DNA from: Clostridiales bacterium
GTDB taxonomy: Bacteria > Patescibacteriota > Saccharimonadia > Saccharimonadales > Saccharimonadaceae
Direction: 5' to 3'
Length of the DNA: 64,000 bases
NCBI GenBank assembly: GCA_963619335.1
Contig: CAVEVP010000002.1
Span: 30,003-94,002 of the forward strand
The notes beneath the pieces are model-generated. The model saw only the letters and a program-made list of their open reading frames with translations. It made no database searches and had not been told where the DNA came from. The translations under genes and the position numbers were made by a program. Shown here piece after piece: positions 31,964 to 41,043 of this stretch. The first letter of the stretch is position 1. Every line of letters starts with the position of its first letter.

Positions 31964-33250
31964 TTACTTTTTCCTTAAAATTATTATATCTCTCGCGACA
32001 ATTTGGCCCTCTCGATAATAAAGAAGCCCCGCGCGCGTTTTATTATTAACATTATACCCCATATTTTCGATATCGTCAAGAATTTTCAGGCGAGAATAAG
32101 TCTGATCGGGGCGAAGCCAAGCGGGGGCGGCTAATACGACGGGGGTGCTCGGCGCAATTTGGCTAGACAAGTTCTTTAAAAAGCCTAAGATGATGACTTG
32201 GCATTCTTGTTTGACGGTTTTTAGGGCAATGTCGGCAGGGATGTTTGAAAAAGGTCGGCCGAGGTAGCCTTCGCAGGCCACGGCGTCGACATGGGGCCAT
32301 TTATGGCTTGTCGCGTCACCGACAGAAATCTGAAAAATACTTTCCTGAGGACCGTAAGCTTGGGCGAGCGCCCTTGAGCGTGTCCGAAGGGAAGTATTTT
32401 CGGGTTTTTCTGGTTTGATAGTCGAAGTAATTCGAGAATTGTCTTCTCTCGGGGCGCGTCCGGCCGGCCCGTCGCCACGGGCGGCCGGCGCTGTTCCTCG
32501 CCTTGCCAGGCTCCGGATCCCCTCGAGATGAACAATTCTCGAATCAGCCAACCATTTCAAATTTCTCTCAGAATATTTGACCATGCGTTCGTCGATATCG
32601 GTGCCATAGACTTGGAAACCCATAAGCAGGGCTTCTTGCAAAAGGACACCGGTGCCGCAAAACGGGTCGAGCAGGGTGGCGGGTTTTGTGATAGGGCCAC
32701 AAAGATTGACTAAAATTTGGGCGAGTTTGGGCGGGAGCATGCCGACCTTAGCGTCGCGCGCGGGGCGAGCTTGGTCGCGGCGAGCGTAAGCGTCGATATC
32801 TTGGACGCCAATGACGCGAAAATAGTCGCGATTGGTTTTAATTAGTTCGATTTTACGGGCGTTTTTGCCGGAAAGTCCGTTGTGGAGAGAAGTGGCGGTC
32901 GATAATACGGCGGTTTTGTTTTCGACGATACGCACAGAACGACCGTGGCGGACGAGAATTTTTTTCAGTTTCAAGCCCTCGGCGGTGGCAGATTTTGCGG
33001 AAGCGGTGCTCGAATAGTCGGAGAGACCGAAAGTGATTTTGCCTTCGGGCAAAGTTTGGAAAAAATTGAGCGGTTTTTGCGGAAGCTCGACAGCGAGTTT
33101 AAGACTGCCGCCGAGAAAATCGATATTTGGCGTAGTGTCGGTAGTAAAAGTGGCGAGTTCGGAGGAGATTTGGCGAACCTCGGAAAATAAGCTCTCGAGT
33201 TCGGCGAGAGAAAGTTCGGATTGGCGACCCAGGACGGCTAGATATTTCAT
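31964..33250 (-). CDS. SAM-dependent RNA methyltransferase (Trm11/UPF0020-like) with two in-frame palindromic insertions
   Basis: GMLPPKLAQILVN, LLDPFCGTG, GTDID; about 75 aa of extra sequence encoded by elements A2 and B2. Confidence 0.82.
   Translation of the reverse strand: MKYLAVLGRQSELSLAELESLFSEVRQISSELATFTTDTTPNIDFLGGSLKLAVELPQKPLNFFQTLPEGKITFGLSDYSSTASAKSATAEGLKLKKILVRHGRSVRIVENKTAVLSTATSLHNGLSGKNARKIELIKTNRDYFRVIGVQDIDAYARRDQARPARDAKVGMLPPKLAQILVNLCGPITKPATLLDPFCGTGVLLQEALLMGFQVYGTDIDERMVKYSERNLKWLADSRIVHLEGIRSLARRGTAPAARGDGPAGRAPREDNSRITSTIKPEKPENTSLRTRSRALAQAYGPQESIFQISVGDATSHKWPHVDAVACEGYLGRPFSNIPADIALKTVKQECQVIILGFLKNLSSQIAPSTPVVLAAPAWLRPDQTYSRLKILDDIENMGYNVNNKTRAGLLYYREGQIVARDIIILRKK
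32323..32412. repeat. Family A palindromic element, copy A2 (reverse orientation)
   Basis: GAGGACCGTAAGCTTGGGCGAGCGCCCTTGAGCGTGTCCGA flanked by arms CAGAAATCTGAAAAATACTTTCCT / AGGGAAGTATTTTCGGGTTTTTCTG. Confidence 0.9.
32431..32543. repeat. Family B palindromic element, copy B2
   Basis: CGCGTCCGGCCGGCCCGTCGCCACGGGCGGCCGGCGCT..CCTCGCCTTGCCAGGCTCCGGA flanked by arms TTCGAGAATTGT / ACAATTCTCGAA. Confidence 0.88.
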
Positions 33251-33285
33251 TTTTTAATTATATCATAATATGGTATAATTTTTTT

Positions 33286-34332
33286 ATGGCAAAAATGAAG
33301 AAGCTTAAACTTTCTTTTCGGACAGTGTTGACTTTGTTTACGTTTGTTTTGGTAGGTTATGTAATTTACCAAAACTGGGCAGATATTGTGGAGACAATGG
33401 AGCATCTTGGCGACACGAATGTGTTTGTGCTTTTGCTATTAATTCCGGAGCAGTTGTTTATGTACTACGCGTGTGGGCAGATTTTCTTTTCGTATCTCAA
33501 AAAACAACGCAATATTAGTAAAATTAGCAACAAAGAAGTGCTAGGGATTTCGACGGAGTTGAATTTTGTCAACCACGCGGTACCGGCGGGAGGGATTGGA
33601 GGGCTGGCGTTTCTGACTTATCGGTTAAAACCGATGAATGTGACGGCGGGGCAGGCGTCGTTTTTGTATCTGTTCCGGTATGCGGTGACGACAGTGGTGA
33701 ATTATTTACAGGCACTGGTGGCGATTATTATTTTGCTAGCGGCGGGACTGATGCCGGAGTCGGCAATGTGGATTGTGCCGGTGACGTTTTTGATGAATAC
33801 GGCGGTGGCGGGGGTGCTGTGGTTTATTGTGTTTGTGGCGAGTAGCAGACGACGAATTGACTTTTTTGCGAAGATTGTCGAAAAAACGACGAGTTTTGTG
33901 GCGCGAAGTTTGACTTTTGGGCGGAAAAAATATTTTGTGAAGAGCGTGAAAATTCAAGCTTATTTTTCGGACATTCATGAAAGTTTGAAAATTGTAAAAA
34001 GAGACAAACAAAATCTGAAGCGACCGTTTGGGTGGGGGCTGGTGTATAGTTTGTGTGAAGTGGGGACATATTATATCGTGGCGCTGTCGCTTGGGAGGCC
34101 AGAACTGCTACTATATATTATGGTGGGCGAGGCGATCGGGTCGGTGTTTGACGGGATTGTGCCGTATGGGCTGTATGAGCTGGGGATGGCGGGGGTGATG
34201 ATTGCGCTCGGGGTGGATTTTCCGACGGCGACGATTATTACAGTGATGACGCGGGTGATTACGTTGGTATTTACGGTGGCGTCGGGAGTGGTGCCGTATT
34301 ATAAAGCAATGAAAGGGAAGCAAAATGAATGA
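33286..34332 (+). CDS. Lysylphosphatidylglycerol synthase TM / flippase-like membrane protein
   Basis: Multi-TM with FVNHAVPAGGIGG and GLYELGM...RVIT pattern. Confidence 0.75.
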   Translation: MAKMKKLKLSFRTVLTLFTFVLVGYVIYQNWADIVETMEHLGDTNVFVLLLLIPEQLFMYYACGQIFFSYLKKQRNISKISNKEVLGISTELNFVNHAVPAGGIGGLAFLTYRLKPMNVTAGQASFLYLFRYAVTTVVNYLQALVAIIILLAAGLMPESAMWIVPVTFLMNTAVAGVLWFIVFVASSRRRIDFFAKIVEKTTSFVARSLTFGRKKYFVKSVKIQAYFSDIHESLKIVKRDKQNLKRPFGWGLVYSLCEVGTYYIVALSLGRPELLLYIMVGEAIGSVFDGIVPYGLYELGMAGVMIALGVDFPTATIITVMTRVITLVFTVASGVVPYYKAMKGKQNE

Positions 34333-35569
34333 TGACCTTGAATGGTGGGATGACGAAGACGAAGAAGAGGCTGAAGCCGAGTTTTTAGAAAGAGAAGAAA
34401 GATTTTTGCGAGGGACGATAAGGGATGATGCACTGACGCCAACGCAGTTTTTGGACGAGGTGAATGAATGTTTGAAATATGACTGTGGCGAGAGAACGAT
34501 TAAAGGCGAGGTGGCGAGTTTTAAGATAAATCAAGGCAAGTGGGTGTTTTTTGATTTGAAAGACGAAAAAACTAGTGTGAACTGTTTTATGCCGGTGTGG
34601 GATTTAAGGGTTGAACTGGAAGACGGGATGACGGTGGTGGTGAGTGGCGAGCCTGGAGTAACAAAATGGGGCAAGTTTTCGGTAACGGTGAAACAGATTA
34701 TGCCGGTGGGCGAGGGGTCGCTGAAAAAGGCGTACGAGCTGCTAAAAAAGAAATTAACGAAGGAGGGGCTGTTTCGGCCAGAGAAAAAACGGAGAATTCC
34801 GGCGGATTTAAGCAGAATTGGGGTGATTTCGTCGAAACAGGCGGCGGGATTTGCGGATTTTGTGAAAATTTTGAATGAAAGGTGGGGCGGGCTGAAAGTG
34901 CAAGTTGCGCACACGCAAGTGCAAGGGCTTGGAGCGCCGGATCAGATTATTCGGGCGCTGAATTATTTTAACGAGCGAGGCGAAGTGGAGATAATTGCGA
35001 TTTTGCGCGGGGGCGGGAGTGCGGATGATTTGGCATGTTTTAATGACGAAAAGTTAGTGCGAGCGGTGGCAATGTCGAAAATTCCGGTGATTTGCGGGAT
35101 TGGACATGAGGTAGATGAAAGTTTGTGTGATTTGGCGTGCGACGTGAGGGCGTCAACGCCGTCGAATGCAGCAGAAAAGTTAACGCCAGTGGCGCGAGCA
35201 AATGAAATGGCGAGAGTGCGACGGGTAATGCAAGATGTGATGCGGAAAGTGAATGACGAGATTATGGACGAGGCGGAAAATGTGAGCGCGCGAATGCAAA
35301 AGTTGGGGCGGGAGATGGTGGCGAAGATCAATGCGATTTGTGAAGATAAAATGGTAAAGATTACGACGATCGTGAAAGACAAATTGAATAGGACTTGTGG
35401 CGAGATTGAGGGGAAGATGAAACTGCTAGAAGCGCTGAATCCGGAAAAAGTGTTGAAGCGAGGCTATGCGATTTTGAGCGGGAAAATCTCGCCTGGAAAT
35501 GTTGTAAAAATCACAACATTTGAGGCGGAAATTGATGCCGAAGTAAAAAAAGTGAAAGAAAGGAAGTAA
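34325..35569 (+). CDS. xseA: Exodeoxyribonuclease VII large subunit
   Basis: GEV...FFDLKD OB fold, RGGGSADDL, GIGHEVD, TPSNAAE, LKRGYA. Confidence 0.95.
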   Translation: MNDDLEWWDDEDEEEAEAEFLEREERFLRGTIRDDALTPTQFLDEVNECLKYDCGERTIKGEVASFKINQGKWVFFDLKDEKTSVNCFMPVWDLRVELEDGMTVVVSGEPGVTKWGKFSVTVKQIMPVGEGSLKKAYELLKKKLTKEGLFRPEKKRRIPADLSRIGVISSKQAAGFADFVKILNERWGGLKVQVAHTQVQGLGAPDQIIRALNYFNERGEVEIIAILRGGGSADDLACFNDEKLVRAVAMSKIPVICGIGHEVDESLCDLACDVRASTPSNAAEKLTPVARANEMARVRRVMQDVMRKVNDEIMDEAENVSARMQKLGREMVAKINAICEDKMVKITTIVKDKLNRTCGEIEGKMKLLEALNPEKVLKRGYAILSGKISPGNVVKITTFEAEIDAEVKKVKERK

Positions 35570-35570
35570 A

Positions 35571-35780
35571 ATGGCAGAAAATAAAAGTGAAAATAAGAAT
35601 TTGAATGAAAAAATCAATGAATTGGACGAAAAGGTGGAGTGGTTTTATTCGGATGAGTTCAATCTCGGTGAAGCGGTGAGCCGATATGAAGAGGCGACGA
35701 AATTGGCAAAGGAAATTAATACGAATTTAAAGGAGCTGAAAAACGAAATCGAGTTTTTGGCGAAAGATTTTAGTAAATAA
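35571..35780 (+). CDS. xseB: Exodeoxyribonuclease VII small subunit
   Basis: 69 aa helical protein immediately after xseA with L..AV..YEEA..L pattern. Confidence 0.85.
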   Translation: MAENKSENKNLNEKINELDEKVEWFYSDEFNLGEAVSRYEEATKLAKEINTNLKELKNEIEFLAKDFSK

Positions 35781-35814
35781 TTAGACAAAACGGAAAGTAT
35801 GATATAATAAGCTT

Positions 35815-36642
35815 ATGGATAATGGTCAAATAAATGGCATGAATGGTTTTGGCGGGGCGAGCGGTGCTGACGGCAGCGGTATGAATAGCGTGGGCGGAAT
35901 GCAACCGGTGCAGCCGATGGGGACGCAATACGGTCCGAACGGGATGCCGATGGTGCAACAAGTGGAAATGTCGATAAAGCCGAAAAAAGATATCGCGGGG
36001 CTGATTAAGACGATTGTAATTGTGGCGTTGTCGCTAGTGGCGGTGACGTTTATTGGGCTGTTTATTTGGATGACAATTCAATATACGAATGTGTCGACGG
36101 ATGTGAATGGGCAGATTGAAGTGGCGGTGGCGGAAGCCAAAGATGAGCAGGCGACCAAGGACGAAGCGGAGCGATTGGAATCAGAGAAATATCCGTATAA
36201 GACTTTTGCGGGGCCGGTGGATTATGGACAATTGTCGTTTGAATACCCGAAAACGTGGAGCGTGTATATTGCGGCGGCGGCGACCAGCTCGACGGGCGAT
36301 TTCAATGCTTATTTCAATCCGATTCAGGTGGATGCGGTGGGCAAGGAAACTGTGAATGCGCTAAGAGTGACGATTCGGGACGAGAGTATTGACGAGGTAT
36401 CTAAGGAATATCAAAAAGTGATGGACAAGAAGAATTCAAATCTTACAATGGAGTCGGTGACGATTGGTAAAAACGGGAATATTACAGCGAATAGATACAC
36501 GGGAACGATTCCGAACACAAGTTTGTCGGGATATATTGTAACCTTTAAGATTCGGGATAAAACTGCGGTGCTGCAAACTGACTCGGTGCTGTTTAAAGAT
36601 GATTTTGACAAGTTGCTTGGGACTGTGACATTTAACGAATAA
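35815..36642 (+). CDS. Single-pass membrane protein of unknown function
   Basis: Gly/Met/Gln-rich N-terminus, one TM helix, 'FEYPKTWS' extracytoplasmic domain. Confidence 0.75.
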   Translation: MDNGQINGMNGFGGASGADGSGMNSVGGMQPVQPMGTQYGPNGMPMVQQVEMSIKPKKDIAGLIKTIVIVALSLVAVTFIGLFIWMTIQYTNVSTDVNGQIEVAVAEAKDEQATKDEAERLESEKYPYKTFAGPVDYGQLSFEYPKTWSVYIAAAATSSTGDFNAYFNPIQVDAVGKETVNALRVTIRDESIDEVSKEYQKVMDKKNSNLTMESVTIGKNGNITANRYTGTIPNTSLSGYIVTFKIRDKTAVLQTDSVLFKDDFDKLLGTVTFNE

Positions 36643-36659
36643 TCTGTTATAATGGGGGT

Positions 36660-37346
36660 ATGGATAAGGAGGTCGACGGGATTTTGGTGGCGGCGCATGA
36701 ACTGAAAGCGCCGTTGGCGGTGTTAAGGCAACTGGCGCTCAATTTGCCCGGGATGGACACGGGCGGCGAGCGGATGCGCGACGAGATGGTAAGTGTGTCG
36801 GAACGGGCAATTCGGCAAGTGAATGATCTAGCGAAAATGCGGAGGCTTGAAGATGGATTGTTTACTATGGAGCCGGTGGCGGTGCGATCGGTGTGTGACG
36901 AAGTAACGCGGGAATTAAATTACCTGTTTGCGTATAATCGGCGGGAGTTGGTGATTAAGTATGCTAATCGGGCAAGGCTGGTGGTGGCAAATCGGGAAAT
37001 GCTACATAGCGTAGTGTATAATTTTTTGCTGAATGCGATGCATTATTCGGGCGAGGGAACGCGGGCGGAGCTGGTGGTGCGAGATGTAAAAGAAAATGTG
37101 CGAGTGGAAATTCGGGATTTTGGGCCGGCGCTGCCGATGGATGTGTGGCGCGAAATGCGACGCGGGTGGATTGAGAAACCGACTTCGATTGCAATGCGTC
37201 CGGGGTCGTCGGGGCTGGGGCTGTTTATCGCGTCGAGATTTTCGCGAATGATGAATGCTAAGGTCGGAGCGGTACGTCATCGCGACGGGACGAGCTTTTT
37301 TGTAGAATTGCCGGTTTCGCGGCAGATGAGTTTGTTTGAGTTATGA
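36660..37346 (+). CDS. Sensor-less histidine kinase (HisKA + HATPase)
   Basis: AAHELKAPL H-box at N-terminus, NFLLNAMHY, DFGP, GLGLFI. Confidence 0.85.
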   Translation: MDKEVDGILVAAHELKAPLAVLRQLALNLPGMDTGGERMRDEMVSVSERAIRQVNDLAKMRRLEDGLFTMEPVAVRSVCDEVTRELNYLFAYNRRELVIKYANRARLVVANREMLHSVVYNFLLNAMHYSGEGTRAELVVRDVKENVRVEIRDFGPALPMDVWREMRRGWIEKPTSIAMRPGSSGLGLFIASRFSRMMNAKVGAVRHRDGTSFFVELPVSRQMSLFEL

Positions 37347-37693
37347 TTTTAATAATTGATGATGATGAAATTATGGCGGAGTGCATTGCGCGGGGATGCG
37401 GGGAGCGAGAAACACGGATTTTTAGTAATGCGATTGATGCGATGAACTTTATTGCAGAAACTGGCGCGCCGGAAATGATTTTTTTGGATATTTTGTTGGA
37501 CGGGCCGGATGGATTTACGTTTTTGAATGAGCTAGTGTCGTATGAGGATACCAACGTGGTGCCGGTGGTGGTAGTGTCGTCGCTGGATTTTACAGGGCGA
37601 GATTTGGCAGTGTATAATGTGGTAAAAATTTTGCATAAAGACACAATGGTGCCGGCGGAAATTAAGGAATTGGCGGCGAAATATGCGAAATGA
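37343..37693 (+). CDS. Single-domain response regulator
   Basis: ILIIDDD, FLDILL..PDG, VVSS, K motif; ATGA overlap with kinase. Confidence 0.88.
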   Translation: MILIIDDDEIMAECIARGCGERETRIFSNAIDAMNFIAETGAPEMIFLDILLDGPDGFTFLNELVSYEDTNVVPVVVVSSLDFTGRDLAVYNVVKILHKDTMVPAEIKELAAKYAK

Positions 37694-38357
37694 AGATTTG
37701 AAAACTGAAGGAATAATTTTGAGGCGGACGAATTATGCGGAAGCGGATCGGATTTTGAATATAATTACGCCGGTGGGTAAAGTGGCGGCAATAGCGAAAG
37801 GCGTAAGGAAGCCGAAATCGAAATTGGCGGGGGGCGTGGAGATGTTTTGTTTGTCGGAGCTGGTGGTTCACCGAGGAAAGGGAGAGCTGGGAATTATTAC
37901 GAGCGCTAGAATGAAAAAACAATATGGCGAGATTGTGAAAGATTTAGAGCGGATGGAGATAGCGGCGGAAATATTGAAAAAAATAGATAAGGCCGCGGAG
38001 GGGGTCGGGCAGGGCGAGTTTTTTGAGATTTTGAGACAGAGCTTGGAGGGGTTGAATAACGGAATGGATTTGAAATTGGTGGTAAGTTGGTTTCGGTTGA
38101 ATTTTAAACGAGCAAGCGGGGAAGAAATGAATTTGTATCGAGATAATACGGGTGAAAAGTTGGCGGAGGGTCAGCGATATGATTGGCTAGGGGCGGAGGA
38201 GGCGTTTATGGTGAGTGAAAATGGGGAAGCGGGGGTGAATGAGATTAAGATGCTGAGATTAATGGCGACAATGGACCTTGCGGTGGTGGGGCGGATTAAA
38301 GTGAACGCGGAGTTAATTTGGCGAATTTATGATATAATTAAAAAATGGGAAAGTTAG
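37683..38357 (+). CDS. recO: DNA repair protein RecO
   Basis: GIILRRTNYAEADRIL...GKVAAIAKGVRKPKSKL. Confidence 0.92.
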   Translation: MRNEDLKTEGIILRRTNYAEADRILNIITPVGKVAAIAKGVRKPKSKLAGGVEMFCLSELVVHRGKGELGIITSARMKKQYGEIVKDLERMEIAAEILKKIDKAAEGVGQGEFFEILRQSLEGLNNGMDLKLVVSWFRLNFKRASGEEMNLYRDNTGEKLAEGQRYDWLGAEEAFMVSENGEAGVNEIKMLRLMATMDLAVVGRIKVNAELIWRIYDIIKKWES

Positions 38358-39697
38358 AAGATGTTGTAAGTTTGTGTAAAAGGCGGGGATTTATTTTCCA
38401 AGGCTCGGAAGTGTATGGGGGAATGGCGGGGACTTGGGATTATGGCCCGCTAGGGGTGATGTTAAAGAAAAAAGTGATGGACGCATGGTGGAAGTTTTTT
38501 GTGGAAGACCGGGAAGATATGTTTGGGGTGGATGCGGCGATCTTGATGAATCCGCGGACTTGGGAGGCGTCGGGACATACGGCGACTTTTGCGGACCCGT
38601 TAGTGGAATGCAAGGAATGTAAATCGCGGTTTCGGGCGGATAAAATTGCCGAAGGCATTAGTGAAAGTGTGACGACGGAGGAATTTTTGGCGACGCATAC
38701 GAAGTGCCCGGTTTGTGGCAAAGAAAATTGGGGGCCGATTCGGAAGTTTAATATGATGTTTGCGACGCATGTCGGGGCGGTGCTACCGGAAGATGTGGCG
38801 GATAATCCGGAGCTGGCAGAAAAAGGGATTGCGTATTTGCGACCAGAAACGGCACAGGGGATTTTTACGAATTATAAAAACGTGGTAGATACGATTTATC
38901 CGGATTTGCCGTTTGGAATTGCGCAACAGGGCAAGGCATTTCGGAATGAGATTTCGCCGCGAGATTTTATTTTGCGAGATCGGGAATGTTCGCAAATGGA
39001 AATTGAATATTTTGTGGCGCCGGAGACTTGGGAAGAGAATTTTGAGAAAATGCGGGCGTTGCAACATGAGTTTTTGGAGCGAGTGATAGGACTGTCGGCG
39101 GAAAATATTCATGAATTAGAAGTTCCGGCGGAGGATCGGGCGCATTATAGCAAGCGGACGATTGATTTTATGTTTGATTATCCGAATAGTGAGGAAGAGT
39201 TAATGGGGCTAGCATATCGGACGGATTTTGATTTGAACAATATTCAGCGCGAGAGTGGCAAAAATATGGAATATCGCGATAAAAAGACGGGCGAGGCGTT
39301 TGTGCCGCACGTGATTGAACCGTCGATTGGGGTGGAGCGGTTGTTTTTGGCGATTCTTGCTACGGCGTATGAGGAAGAAACGGTGGACGGGGTAGTGCGA
39401 ACGGTGCTAAAACTGCCGAAAAATCTGGCGCCGTATCGGTTTTGTGTGTCGCCACTACTTAAAAACAAGCCGGAGCTAGTAGAAAAGGCGCGGGAAGTTT
39501 ATGTGAAATTGCGCGAGAAATATAGTAATGTTGCGTGGGACGATTCGGGGAATATTGGCAAGCGTTATCGCAAGCAAGACGAAATTGGGACTTATGAATG
39601 CGTGGTGGTGGATTTTGAAACCTTGGAAAATGACACGGTGACGGTGCGTAATCGGGATACGATGAAGCAAGAGCGGGTGGGGATTGCGGAGCTGTAA
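38345..39697 (+). CDS. glyQS: Glycine--tRNA ligase (homodimeric alpha2 type)
   Basis: KRRGF, DYGPLG, LRPETAQG, FRNEISP, HVIEPSIG, IGKRYRKQDEIG. Confidence 0.94.
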   Translation: MGKLEDVVSLCKRRGFIFQGSEVYGGMAGTWDYGPLGVMLKKKVMDAWWKFFVEDREDMFGVDAAILMNPRTWEASGHTATFADPLVECKECKSRFRADKIAEGISESVTTEEFLATHTKCPVCGKENWGPIRKFNMMFATHVGAVLPEDVADNPELAEKGIAYLRPETAQGIFTNYKNVVDTIYPDLPFGIAQQGKAFRNEISPRDFILRDRECSQMEIEYFVAPETWEENFEKMRALQHEFLERVIGLSAENIHELEVPAEDRAHYSKRTIDFMFDYPNSEEELMGLAYRTDFDLNNIQRESGKNMEYRDKKTGEAFVPHVIEPSIGVERLFLAILATAYEEETVDGVVRTVLKLPKNLAPYRFCVSPLLKNKPELVEKAREVYVKLREKYSNVAWDDSGNIGKRYRKQDEIGTYECVVVDFETLENDTVTVRNRDTMKQERVGIAEL

Positions 39698-39800
39698 AGT
39701 TGTAAAATTGAATGATTGGCGGTCGGCGAGGCAGTGGCGGAGTACGGGCTTGTCTTTTGAAAGTGGTTATGATATTATTAAAATAATAATAGGAGGAAAA

Positions 39801-40331
39801 ATGGCTAAAGAGTCGAAAAAAGAGAATAAAAACTTAATCGTGGGGGGGATTTGTGCGGTTGTGGCGATTGTGGTGGTGGTGATTATCGCTGTGGCAGTGG
39901 CGACGACGGGCAGTGGAAAACTTGGCGATAGCTATTTTGTGTCGGATGGCGAGAAGTACGTGTTGACGATAAATACTGAAAATATGGAACTCGGCGACGG
40001 CGACGAGGAATATGTGCCGGTTAAGGCACATATGGTGTATTATTATTCTGGCGACGAAATTACGGGAGCGAAGGCGTATTATGAATACAAGGACGCGGAG
40101 ACAGCCAAGGCGGCGCTCGCGGCGATGAAAGAGGCTGCTGGGGACGAGCTTGATGGGACGACGGTCGAAGACAAATATATTGTTGCGACGATTGATGCGT
40201 CGGAATACGAGGGGATGACGGCGTCGGATGTGAAGTCGCAGATTGAATTTATGGAAGCGCTGGAAAATATGGATTATAGTGAAGACGAAGTTGAGGAGAC
40301 TGACGGCGCGACTGACGAGGCGACTGAGTAA
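39801..40331 (+). CDS. Membrane-anchored acidic protein of unknown function
   Basis: AGGAGG RBS before ATG 39801; one TM helix followed by an acidic domain. Confidence 0.75.
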   Translation: MAKESKKENKNLIVGGICAVVAIVVVVIIAVAVATTGSGKLGDSYFVSDGEKYVLTINTENMELGDGDEEYVPVKAHMVYYYSGDEITGAKAYYEYKDAETAKAALAAMKEAAGDELDGTTVEDKYIVATIDASEYEGMTASDVKSQIEFMEALENMDYSEDEVEETDGATDEATE

Positions 40332-40344
40332 AAAAAGTTAGTAT

Positions 40345-40373
40345 AAAAACCTCCTTTTTGCAGGAGGTTTTTT
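40345..40373. terminator. Intrinsic terminator
   Basis: AAAAACCTCC-TTTTGCA-GGAGGTTTTTT. Confidence 0.75.
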
Positions 40374-40481
40374 GGTTCGGTAAAGTTTTGGTAAATTTTT
40401 GGGTTAGTGGCACTCAAAAAACCCTCTTCGCGAGGGTTTTTCTGGGAGCCCCCTTTCCAAACGGGGGAAATGAAAAGGAGA

Positions 40482-41006
40482 CTATTTAAAACGCGCGATA
40501 GCGTCGGCGATAACTTTTTTCGCGACCTCAACGCCTTCGAAGGATTTGACCTCGGTGGTACCCGGTTTTTTCAGGTCTTTGTAGTGGTTGAAATGGAATT
40601 CAATTTGTTTCAAAGTCTGCTTCGGCAAATCTTCGAGCGAATTGTAGGCGTCGCCGTTGTTGCGGTCGTCGGCAGGGACGCAGATGATTTTATCATCAAC
40701 TTCGCCGCCATCGACAAATTTCATCACGCCGAGAATTTTGGCTTTCATCCAGATGCCAGTAGTGAGAGGCTGGTCAGTAATCATAAGGACGTCAAGTTCG
40801 TCACCGTCTTCGTCCAGAGTTTGCGGAATGAAACCGTAGTTGCAGGGTTTCGCGAAAGCCATTGGTTCGACGCGGTCCAGCATAAAACAGGCATGCTTAC
40901 GATCCCATTCGATTTTGTGGTTGGAACCGGTTGGGATTTCGATCACGACGTTCAGTTCGCCGTTTTCGTAATCGCCCGGGGTTAAAACTTTATTAAAATC
41001 TGCCAT
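40482..41006 (-). CDS. ppa: Inorganic pyrophosphatase (family I)
   Basis: IEIP, NYGFIPQT..EDGDELDV, DGGEVDDK, FNHYKDL. Confidence 0.95.
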   Translation of the reverse strand: MADFNKVLTPGDYENGELNVVIEIPTGSNHKIEWDRKHACFMLDRVEPMAFAKPCNYGFIPQTLDEDGDELDVLMITDQPLTTGIWMKAKILGVMKFVDGGEVDDKIICVPADDRNNGDAYNSLEDLPKQTLKQIEFHFNHYKDLKKPGTTEVKSFEGVEVAKKVIADAIARFK

Positions 41007-41043
41007 AAAAGCTCCTTTATATTACCCATTTATTATAGCATAT

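Noticed and set aside
40407..40985. 192-aa + strand ORF
   Set aside because: Antisense shadow of ppa
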